From the NCBI GenBank assembly GCA_043228905.1, contig JBHGNT010000017.1, positions 10,850,001 through 10,914,000 of the forward strand: a stretch of 64,000 nt of DNA, in the 5' to 3' direction. The stretch comes from Azolla caroliniana (lineage: Eukaryota > Plantae > Polypodiophyta). A program made the translations under genes and the position numbers. Below, in pieces: positions 53,391 to 64,000 of this stretch. The notes under the pieces were generated by a model. It had not been told where the DNA came from and did no database searches. It saw nothing but the letters and a program-made list of their open reading frames with translations. Within the stretch, counting starts at the first letter, position 1. Every line of letters starts with the position of its first letter.

Positions 53391-55294
53391 TGTAGCCTAA
53401 TGATTTAGTAATGCAGATCTTGTGGCCTACATTGTATTTTTTATATCATGGTACTAACGTTGAAGGTTTTTTTGTTTCTTGCAATGAATGTTGTAGTGTC
53501 AAGCAACTCCACGCCAGGGAAGGTAATGGAACAACCAACTCCTGTGCCTAAACCCTGGGTATCTCCTGCACATTCCAAGGTTCAGGGACCTTCATTACCA
53601 GTAACCCTATGAGTTTTATGATGAAGATGAATGTATGAGAAGAGCCATTGGAGCAGTGGAACATATGCTTCTACAAACAAATTCCCCAAGCTCCGTTCAA
53701 CATCACAACAATCCAGGTACCACAAATTGAGTTAGCATATCTTATTTCTCATTTGTGTGTATGTTGAATGCCTAATGTCTTTAAAAAAGATCCCACCAAG
53801 AAGAGGAATGTTGCAAGAAAGTTGTATGGAAAGGGCAAGAAAGGCAGAGTTGAATGCAATGGTGAGTCATATATGTTCTCACCTCTCCAGAGAGATGTCA
53901 AACTAATGCATTGTCTAATACCACGTACTTGTGTTACTAGCTGATGATGAAATGTTCTTTGGTGAGGGAGATACGAGTCCAAAACTTGATCATGAAGCCA
54001 AATTTATCACACTCCCAGGTACACGTCAAAAGCCCTTTAAGAAAACAATGATTTAGATGATAACAATCGTATTATAGTGGTGCTTTTGGTGCATTCTATA
54101 GATACTATTATGAAATCTTCTCTTGACAATGAGCTCCAACCTGCGATTGTCACCATCCCTAAATTTGATGAACACTTAGATGTTGTGGAGAGGATGACTG
54201 AGCCTACCACTTGCAATGGGTTGTCTACAACTTTACAGTATGACGATGTAACAATAGGTAAAAATGTGGCTATTGACCCTATGTTCATTGTTGCTGGTAT
54301 GTTTGCAAACATTTGAGTATGTGAGTTGATGCTAATATTCTCTAGGATCCCATTATTTAGGTTTACAAGAGCAGTCTGATTCCCAACTACAATCAAACGA
54401 ATCGGGAACTATATGGAGCACAAGTGTAGAGTCAGATTCTGGGATTAACCTTTGCATGCAGGCAGACTCTAGAAGCACATCTTCCACACATGAGGACTGT
54501 GAAAAGAAGGAAGCATTCATATTTGAAGAGCAGCTAGCATGTACAAACAACAATTTGTCTAAAGAAGCCCATGAGGAGTGTGGAAAGAATATCGCTAGTA
54601 CAGAAGAGGAGCCTGATTGTACTAAGAATGTGGTAGTAGTGTCTATAGAAGCCCTCGAGGAGTGTGGAAAGAATGTTGCAAGAACTACCCAACAAGTCTA
54701 CTCTAACACTTGATAATGTCAACATACTCGTGTATGACTTCTCATAGACTAAAACAGGCCATCTAAGACAAACAACAATCAAGATAATAAAAGAGAAGGT
54801 CCCAGATGTGCCTGCTAATGCATTGCAGATACGAACAAGGAGTATGACTCGTAATCACGGTGACGTTGGACTGCAATTGGATGAAGACAATGCATCGGTT
54901 GCTACTGATGATGAGGATGAGACCTCAGAAAGCTCTTCTCGTTCATCGGGCGGGCTGAAGGGGAAGACGTATCTTTGGGAAGTGATGGATCTCATATATG
55001 GAATGCAAATATTGTATGTTATATCAATATGGCAATTCACGAATATGCATAAATATACATGTTAGTCATTTTGCAATTTTTGTATGACCTCTTGTAAATT
55101 TCACGTGTCGATTATTATGGGCATTTTTTGAAAGCCCTAAAATTTTGGACCTGGTATAAATCAATATATTTTGATTCAATTTTCAAAAATCTTTACGCAT
55201 GAGATGGTCTGTTTTGTGAAATGACCTACTTTGTGTCTTTTTTGAATGGACTATTCTTAAATTGCGACATATTACCTGTTTCAAATGACCCGGT

Positions 55295-55765
55295 GATTGA
55301 TGCTCAAAATACATACAAGAGGATTGCGGATCGTCATCGCCTAGACTCCTCCAAAACGTTTCATGTCGGGGATCGTGTATGGCTTCTACAACACTACATC
55401 AAGAACACTAGGCCTTGCGATAAATTAAATTAGCAACAGTTTGGCCCGTACATGATCACTGGTAAGATAAGTGATGTTGCATTTCGCCTTCACCTGGTGT
55501 TGCATGTCTCCCTTTTGGAACCTTGCACCACAAGTTCAATTCTGGATCATCTTGCAACTCCCCCACCAGCTATTGCGTTTTTGGAAGGACCAGAATTTGA
55601 GGTTGTTGTCATTCTCAATTCCAAGATCGTGTGCAACAAGTTGTATTCCAATGGTCGAACTTGGGAACCTCCAACAAATCTTGCCAATGCCACGGACATG
55701 GTCACCGAATTTCATCACCAATATCCTCATAAGCCAGGTTCTAGTACAAACCATGCGATGCAACC
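55295..55765 (+). pseudogene. Chromovirus integrase C-terminus and chromodomain remnant
   Basis: ADRHR..FHVGDRVWL..RPCDKL; HVSLLEP; EFEVVVIL..TWEP. Confidence 0.85.
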
Positions 55766-56114
55766 CGTGATACAGGCAAAACATTTTGGTTTGCAAGGAT
55801 TCGAACCCACAACCTTGTTATATACGTGTTGAATTCTTAACCATTGTAATGATATGTTTATATATATATTATAAAGAATATATAAGCTAAACATATAGAA
55901 TATATAAAGTATTCTAGACTTCTCTATGTTCTAGAAAGTTCTAGAATATTCTAGAGTGCTCTATATTCTAGGACTTTCTAGAATAACCCTATTAGGACCT
56001 ATAAATATGCATCTAGTAATCATTTCAAAACCAAATTGGTTCACCTCCATTCTACAACTCCCTTGTTGCTTACTTATTGTAATCTATCTTATAGTGCAAT
56101 ATAATACTTCTACA

Positions 56115-56169
<55 letters not shown>

Positions 56170-56171
56170 AC
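55766..56171 (+). mobile_element. Chromovirus 3' LTR with antisense tRNA-like cassette at 55797-55852
   Basis: Minus-strand consensus B-box GGTTCGAATCC; TATAAAT; (CT)n; ends TTGACA. Confidence 0.78.
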
Positions 56172-56934
56172 AACCGGATAGTTTGTTGGCTATACAGATG
56201 GCGATTGGGCTTGAAACGCCAATGACCACAAGTCAACATCCAGATTCGTGTTTTCACTTGGAAGTGTCGTTGTTGCCTATAGCAGCAAAACGCAGCTGAC
56301 AGTAGCACTGTTCAGCACTGAGGCAGATAGAGGAGCAATTGTCGCCACATGCGAGGCCATTTGGCTCAAACGGTTATTGAAGGATCCGATCTAACGACGA
56401 TCTACTACGACAACCTCAGTAGCATTCAACTGGCGAAGAACCCCATCTTCCACGCCCGAACAAAGCACATTGTGGTGCATTACCATTTTGTCCGAGAACA
56501 AATCTGCTCCGGTGAAGTCGAACTAGTGTATGTTCTGATGGATCGGTAGACTGCCAACATCTTTAGCAAACCTCTCGGCCTAGACAAGTTGCAGCAATTT
56601 TCGAGCATGCTTGGTCTCTAGCACCTCGATATGTCAAACTTTAGGGGGAGAGATGAAGCTGAATCACCCGAGAGAGATGATGATGTCCTGAAAACCGAAT
56701 TGGATGACGAATTCGATTTCTGACAGACTGAAGAAGTCAGAATGTTTGGATCGGCTGAAGAAGCCGAGGACGAAGGGGCATGTGTAGGAAGATCGGAAAA
56801 GTGGAGTCTAGTCAGCTGAAAGCCGGAACCAGAGAAAACCTAGCCAAGGGACGGAAAAGACGAGAAGGGCAAGAGAGGTGACAGGGTCGAAAAGGATAGA
56901 GCCAACCGAGCAAAGGCCCAAACAAAGACATGGG
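56172..56934 (+). pseudogene. Copia RNase H remnant and 3' region
   Basis: YYDNLSSIQLAKNPIFHARTKHIVVHYHFVRE. Confidence 0.85.
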
Positions 56935-57113
56935 TGTTAAGCAACAAGCTCAACAAATGCAATGTGATGCTTATTGGTAACTGAGACCTTCCATAGTAGC
57001 TATTAGGAAATTAGCTACCGTTAAACATATAGGTAAGACAACTATTTAGTTATTCACAGCTAGGGTCGAAAAGGACAGAGCCGATCGAGCAAAGGGCAAG
57101 ACAAAGACATGGG

Positions 57114-57484
57114 TGTTAAGAAACAAGCTCAAAAGCAATGTGATGCTTATTGGTGACTGAGATGTTCCGTTGTAGCTATTAGGAAATTAGCTACTGTTAG
57201 ACATATAGGTAAGACAACTATTTAGCTATTCACAGCTATTTAGCTACTCACAGCTAATTAGCTGAATATGTAATTCCTTAATATACTTAGGTAAAATTGA
57301 GAGGGAGTAGAGAAGTAAGTAGACAAACGAGTGAGGTTTTTCTGTGTAATTAAACTGAAGGTTTTTGAGCTGCTACAGAGGTGAGTCTCCTTCCCCCCCT
57401 TTTCTTTCTCTCTTGAACCCTGAACGATCCTGCACATCACGTGTCCATTGTTGCACTAAGAAGAGCCATAGTGCTCTCTTAACA
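57114..57484 (+). mobile_element. Copia 5' LTR; its start is duplicated at 56935
   Basis: TGTTAAG...CTTAACA ends, followed by PBS TGGTATCATAGC (57485-57496). Confidence 0.85.
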
Positions 57485-57612
57485 TGGTATCATAGCACAA
57501 CTGCTGGTAAAGAAGAAGAGTATAGATATGAGAAAATTTCTCTGCTCGCTGATCTGAATTAGAGTTGCTTATTGAGCTTAATGATAGCTAAAGCCCTAAA
57601 ATTGAAAGACAG

Positions 57613-58725
57613 ATGATTGCAGAAAATGGAAGCCAAATAGTTACAGAAAAACTTGATAAAACCAAATTCCCTGCGTGGAAATTCAGAATGAAAAATATCA
57701 TAATGGGAAAAGGGTATTGGGAGTACATTGAAGGAGACCTACAAGAGGCTCCAGAGATCCCTGAAGAAAATGCAATTGCTGCACAAATCAAAGCATTTAA
57801 AGATTGGAATCAGGGGGCAAGAAAAGTGTTGCATTGGCTATCACTTAGCATCTCAGATTCGATGCTTGGACATATACAAGATACTCTACTTCCAAAGGAA
57901 GCTTGGGGCAGTTTGGTGAATCTGTTCGCAGTAAATACAAAGGCAAGAAAACTTCTGTAAAAACTGAACTAAATACGTTGGAAAAAGGAAAATGTTTGTC
58001 AATGAGTATGCTCTAAAAATAAAGAGCATATGTGAGTCACTTGCTTCTATTAATGTGAAGGTAGAAGATGATGATAAATTAGAAGTATGCTTAAGGGGTT
58101 TAGGACCTCAATATAAAAGTTTCAAAACATCCATTCTCACAAGGGATAGCATCTCAAGCTTTGCAAATCTGGTTTCAATGCTAGAAGTGGAAGAAAGAAA
58201 CCTTATTGAAGATACAAACAAAGGAAACTCTAAAACTAACGGGCAAGATCTCTACAATAGTGTTGGAAGAGGCCGAGGAAGAGGCCATGGCAGATTTGGT
58301 TCAACTAGAACCAATAATAATTATCAAGGAAGAGGACAACAAGCTATAACTGGAAGAAATAACATGAGAGGTAGAGGGAGCAATCAAGGCAGAGGTAAGC
58401 AAACTTATTTGAGTGATGATGGATGTTGGTATTGTGGAAAACGAGGCAATACACAAGCTGAATGTTATAAAAGGAAAAATGATGAAAAAGGAGGGAGGAG
58501 ACAACAAAATAACTCTGCTTCAACTAGTGAAAACTGTGACAAAGAGGGTGCTTTTGTGATGCAACATGAAATAGCAACAATGACTGAAAGTTCACAGAGA
58601 TGTAATCAAGATTATATGTGGTATGTAGATTCTGGGGCATTTAATCATATGACCGGACATGCAAATTGGTTTGAAAGTCTAAAATAACTAGAGATTCCTA
58701 GTTCTGTACAAACAGGTGATAACAC
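57613..58725 (+). pseudogene. gag: Copia gag and protease N-terminus
   Basis: EKLDKTKFPAWKFRM; CWYCGKRGNTQAECY; WYVDSGAFNHMTG. Confidence 0.9.
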
Positions 58726-58728
58726 TAC

Positions 58729-60900
58729 TCATCGTTGATGAAAATCATGAAATTTGGCCTCCAGAGCATTTTGTAAATGTGTAACTGGTTCCCATGTAGC
58801 GTCCGAAATGGGGTAACCTTTCCATAAGACCAAATATTGGAGTTGTCGACGACGATATCGAGAGTCGAGGATTTGGTCAACCTCATATTCTTCACCCGTC
58901 AACAATTCCATAGGTGGCGGTGGAGGAGGTTGTTGTGCCGGAATTTGAGAAGGATGGTAGAGTTCAAGGAGAGAAACATGAAAAACATTGTGAACCCTGA
59001 ATGTTGGAGGAAGTGCTAACCGGGAGGCGACTGGGTTGATCCGCTCGGTGATACGAAAAGGGCCTAGTCTTTTGTAGCCCAATTTTGCACAAGGACGTGT
59101 GGTGGCGATGTGGCGACGTAACAACCAAACCATGTCCCCGACTGCAAACGTCGGTGCAGCCAAGCAATGTTAGTCCGCTTCATCTTTATACTGGTCGCTA
59201 GCGACATAGAGCTCCAAAGAGAGATCACGATGGACATCGTGTAAAGCGTGGGCACGCGTCTTTGCCGATGGATTGACCTAAGTTGCAGGTATGGAAATGC
59301 TGAAACGAGGGTGAAATCCATAGTTTGCAAAGAAGGGGGAAACCTTAGTCGAAGCATGGATACTATTATTGTATGCAAATTCCACCATTGCAAGGAAGCC
59401 CACCCAATCCTCTTGTTGGTAGCTCACGGTACACCGAAGGTATTGTTCGAAGATTTGGTTGACTTGTTATGCTTTTCAATCAGTTTGAGGATGATATGTT
59501 GAGGACAAGTTTATAGAAGTCCCAAATGTTTGTTGAAGTCGTCGCCAAAAGTGGGAAATGAACTGAGAACCTCGATCAGAGGTGATATCCTCAAGTAAAC
59601 CATGTAATCAGACAACATTTTTAAGAAAAAGTTCAATTGTTTCTTCCCCATAAATAGTTTTGGAAAATGGGACAAAGTGAGCCATCTTCGAAAACCGATC
59701 GACAATGACTAGCAGTGTGTCATGGCCACCAATGAGAGGGAGGTCGGTGATAAAGTCCGTGGATAGAGAGAGACCCATGGTCAACTTGGAATGGGGAGTG
59801 GGTGGAGAAAACCATATGGCCGATGGTGAGGCATTTTGGACCGAGCACATACATCACATGTCTTGATAAATTCCTTGACAAATTTCCAAGGTTGGGGCTA
59901 CCAAAACCCTCGAGATAGCAATCCCAGGGTTTTCATGACCCCAAAGTGGCTGGCAAGAGGATCATCATGATAGTTTTGTAGTACCCGTGTCCGACATGAT
60001 CCTTCGGGAATGTACAAGAGATGATTACGATATAGTAACCCATCCCAGGTTGTAAATTGGTTGAGATGTGAGCTTTTCATGCCCGGAGATGGGTCATTGA
60101 TGTGGGCCATAATATCTTTGGCGAATGGGTTTGACGTGCTTGCCGTGGTAATCTCGTTGGTCAAAGAATCATCATGCAACATGCAAGTGGCGAACATCTG
60201 AAGTTGATCAGGCCGCAACAAACAATGGGATTGTTGTCAATATACGTCATCTCCTGGGTGCAATGCAAAATCAAGACGCCAAGAGAGGGCATAAGCTTTC
60301 CCATGTTGAACTCCAGGTCTAAACAAGATCTCAAAGTCGTAGTCGGCGAGAAAAGATGACCATCGGGCTTGCCTCCGATTCAATATACGACTAGTGGTGA
60401 AGTAAATTAGATTTTTGTGGTAGGTCAGCACCTGGATGCGATGTTGGGCCCCAACCAAATAGGGTCGCCACTCGGTGAAGACATATATGATTGCTGCAAT
60501 CTCCTTGTCGTAGACCAAATAATTGATTTCTGGGGCGGTAAACTTCTGAGAGTAGAAGGCAACAGGATGTAGTGTGCCCTCTTCGTCTAGTTGGGATAGG
60601 ACAACTCCAATGGCAAAGTTGGATGCATCAGTTTCAACTTGGAAGGGCCTTGTGGGGTCGGGGTGGACCAACTATAGGGTTGTGAAAAAATCTGAAGGCA
60701 TCAAAAGCACTGTGTTGTAGAGGTCCAAAGAAATGGAGTATCTTTTCTAGTAAGGATGATTAGAGGTTGCACTAAAGAGAAAAACCATTGATAAATCGTC
60801 GATAAAAATTTTCAAAAGCGAGAAATGATTGTACCTCTTTCAACCAAGTAGGGACAAGCCAATTGGTTATTGCGGCTACCTTGCGTGCATCCATTGTGAT
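58729..60900 (-). pseudogene. pol: Chromovirus pol remnant (RT end, RH, IN, chromodomain)
   Basis: VETDASNFAIG; DFITDLP..VDRFSKMAHF; EYEVDQILDSR...YLVLWKGYP..ATWEP (chromodomain). Confidence 0.92.
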
Positions 60901-60907
60901 CCCGGAG

Positions 60908-61828
60908 GGTGAAATCCCGTAGCCTAGGAATTCGACAGAGGTTCGATCGAATTCACATTTCTCACTTTTGGCGTAGAGTCCATGTTCCCGAAGTTTGGAT
61001 ACCTCGACACTTCAGAAAGGAGAAAGGGGGAGTCGACGATGGCAACTCGAAGAAGAGTTCAGAACGGAAAGGCATGTTGTTGTGTCATTCCGCTCATGCG
61101 AGAGAAACTAAGGCGGGACTGCGGGGTTCTTGGACCGAGGGGTTTAAGAGATCAAAAGGGAGAGAGAGAGATACATGAGCGCATCGCCACCTAGGCCTGC
61201 TCATTGACAACAGTGTTACTGGGCGAATAAGACCTGAATGCGTATAGTCTCCAAACCTAATACATGCTCACCGGACAAGGTAGAGGTAACTTGCGAGAAC
61301 ACGAGAGAGAAAACAGAAGTTTGAATTCAATAACTAGCAAGGTTACAATCTATGCAAGATTACAACCGGCAAGCCAACAATAGACCCACACAGAGAACCC
61401 ACGCGCACCCACTCGACACAGAGAACCCACAATGGAGCCACTGCTGGAAGCACGCTGGCTTATACACAACAGAGGCAACCGACCGAAACAGAGTGGAGAG
61501 CAATGATAGAGGTGGAGAGAGCTCGATACCCAGTCCAATAGCACCTCCTCCTCGACAAAACGCGATACCTTCTTCTTCTTCTCCTCTCCCCTTTATAGGT
61601 TGCCGAGGAGACCGTTACATCAAAACATATTAACTTTATTATTCTCTGTCCCTTCGGACAAAGATACACGTCGATTTCCTAGCTAATAAATATGTCATAC
61701 CTAGTATATTTACATCAGCCTTCCTATTCCTAGTTATGTACAATGTATCAATTCGTGCACACTCGTGCAAGGGCGGGTTCACGCCTTTAATTCCTTGATT
61801 CCTCTTAGGGCCGGTTTTCTTCACAACA
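60908..61828 (-). mobile_element. 3' LTR of non-chromoviral gypsy; left end approximate
   Basis: Ends CACAACA next to PPT TCCACCCCCACC (61829-61840). Confidence 0.7.
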
Positions 61829-61899
61829 TCCACCCCCACCAAACCGCGCATCCACCGGTATGCGCTAGAGACTAACAATCACCGGAGAAGACTGGCCCG

Positions 61900-62980
61900 T
61901 AATCATCCGTCACTTCCCGAATCCTCGTCTGCTCCGAACCGGTCGTCATCGTCGGTCACGCTTCTCGGGTCCGGCTAATCCTCATGCCGCTTCTTGAACG
62001 CCTCAATCCGCTTCCCGGCTACCGGCACTGTTAATCGCGTCCCGTCGAGCTCCGCAAGATGATACGTCCCGTTGTCATTCGCGCTCGTTATGGGGTAGGG
62101 CCCGAACCACATCCTCGTGAATTTGCGCGTCACCTTGTGTTGGTTGTCGAGACTGTTGTTGTACACCAATACCCAGTCGCCTTCCTCAATCTTCTTTGGC
62201 TGCAGCTGGTGTGTTTGGTCAAACCGACCTTTGTTGCTCTCCCTCGCCTCATGTATCTTCGCCTTTGCACGCTCCACGTCCTCCGCTCTTCGCTCGAGCT
62301 ATCGAATTCGCGCTGCCAACAGCTCGTCCCGGCTCATCTCGTCTCTCCAATCTATCACCGCCCAGGAGGAAATCGTCCGGTCCATTGGCATGATAGGCCT
62401 CTGCCCGTACATCAGCTCCGCTGGCATGAACCCTGTTACCGAATTGTGTGTAGTCCGGTCCGCCCACAACGCGTAAGGAAGGAGGCGCGGCCAATTCCCG
62501 ACCTGTCCGTTGCATGTGCGTACCAGTGCCTTCACGATCGGCCCGTGCTGCGTTCTACCGTCCCGTTAGCCTCCAGGTTGTACGCCGTGGTGAGAGAGAG
62601 CTTGACCCCTAGTTGATCGAACAACTCAGCTTCTTGTGCATTCAGTTCTCCTCGTTCCGCCACGATCTTCCCTACACACCGCCGCATTCATCTTGTTCTG
62701 TAGTGCGCGGCCCTCCACCTGGTTCGTCAAATCTTCCCGCGCAAGCACTAGGTACTGCATCTGCCCTACCCCCATCGTCATCGTCACTAAGTCTACCATC
62801 CACTTGAAATGGACGGTTGGCGGGTAGGTCGGGTGTAGCTCATCACGATGTTGGACTGTGGAGTGCAGCTGACAGATTTCGCACGTCGTCACGAACTAGT
62901 GCACATCCCGGTACAACCTCGACCACCAATATTTCTCTTTCAGTTTCTCGAACGTGACCCATGTCCCGCGGTGTCCGGCC
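61900..62980 (-). pseudogene. Non-chromoviral gypsy integrase remnant
   Basis: CEICQ; KWMVDLV; LPYALWADRTT; WFGPY. Confidence 0.88.
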
Positions 62981-63469
62981 CTTATACGTTCCTAGGATAC
63001 GGGAGGTATCCCACTAAGTATTACGCTACGATGATATCATTTGTTGCAACACAGTCGCTTTGAGGTCTAGGTCGAAGGACTGACCGTAGACCGTGTTCCT
63101 AATCGGTAACACTTTTGGCACGCTCGGTGATCTGTGTCTTCTCATAGACGAACAACGACGAATGGATGTTTAGCCGCAAATGCCCCAGAGAACCAACACG
63201 ACAAGATTGACCAATCACAAGGTCCATCACAAGCCAGGTAGAGGAACGCGCACGGCAAAAGCCTCGCCTCAGTGACCTCAGTGATACCTGTTGGGAACAC
63301 AAAGACGATTTTTCGCTCCCCAAATACCTCGGCGACATGCAGGATGCGTGCTCACCATAGAAGCACTGTGGTCTTTCCCTGTCCGCCGTAGCATCCATCA
63401 TGGCCTTTTCTTTTCCCCGCTTCAACGACGAAACCGACACCGCAACCCACATTCGACTGTTCCTAAATA

Positions 63470-64000
63470 TCTGGAATGCAAACCACATGGTGCAGAGCCT
63501 TTCCGAAGCAATAGCGCACTAGTCCAAACTGACGGAGTTTGGATTAACCTTGAATGGGAGAGCGGCGTTTTGGCATTCGCAGATGGATCTGCCAACAATC
63601 ACGACCTTCGACCAGCTGCAGTCAGCCTTTTTGCGTTTTTTTCATCGGAGGGTGCCGCAACGCGAAATCCTCGGGCAGTTTTACACAATTAAACAATTGC
63701 CGACCGAGACAGTAGCGGATTTTAGTTTACGCTTCCAAAATCTACGACGGAAATTAGAACGGGGCCCAACGGAGGACAAGGCTAGGGAGACATTTCTGGC
63801 AGCATTACGATGACCCATACGGACAACGCTCAACAACAATAGCGTGAAAGGGGAAATGGCCAATATGGTCATAGAAAGAGCGTTGCAGCTCGAGCTGGAC
63901 GAAGAAAGGAAAGGTTTTCCATGTCCTCATTACGACAAGTGTTACCTCAGGACGAGGAACGACATTTTCACCAGGCGATCCAGTGCACGATTTGCTTGAA
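63470..64000 (+). pseudogene. gag: Gypsy gag (Retrotrans_gag-like) fragment running off the window
   Basis: TFDQLQSAFLRFF..IKQLPTETVADFSLRFQNL..FLAAL. Confidence 0.65.

Noticed and set aside
53480-55065. Short ORFs as a separate host gene
   Set aside because: Low-complexity, stop-ridden fragments with no recognisable domain; left unassigned within the transposon island
3975-55852. Functional tRNA genes
   Set aside because: A/B boxes are present but acceptor and anticodon stems cannot be formed convincingly; treated as tRNA-derived cassettes

Overview
Plant nuclear heterochromatin, probably from a seed-free land plant such as a bryophyte (inferred from the mix of TE lineages). It consists almost entirely of nested, decayed LTR retrotransposons, with no intact host gene. 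Three retroelement groups are present: (i) Ty1/copia elements with tRNA-iMet PBS; (ii) chromodomain-bearing Ty3/gypsy chromoviruses (Tcn1-like); (iii) non-chromoviral Ty3/gypsy elements with tRNA-Trp PBS and 4-bp TSDs. Several nested insertions resolve to the base through TSDs and rejoined reading frames (9885-15832; 31123-44697 containing 34148-42103, which contains 41775-41975). The only large non-retroelement island (~47325-55290) holds a decayed Sola2-like DDD transposase and a convergent FCP1/NIF phosphatase-like pseudogene, flanked by 52-bp-period arrays built on the palindrome AGCTAATTAGCT. The most striking pattern is about 11 tRNA-like Pol III cassettes (A-box plus B-box at tRNA spacing) embedded in the LTRs of several unrelated gypsy families from two lineages.
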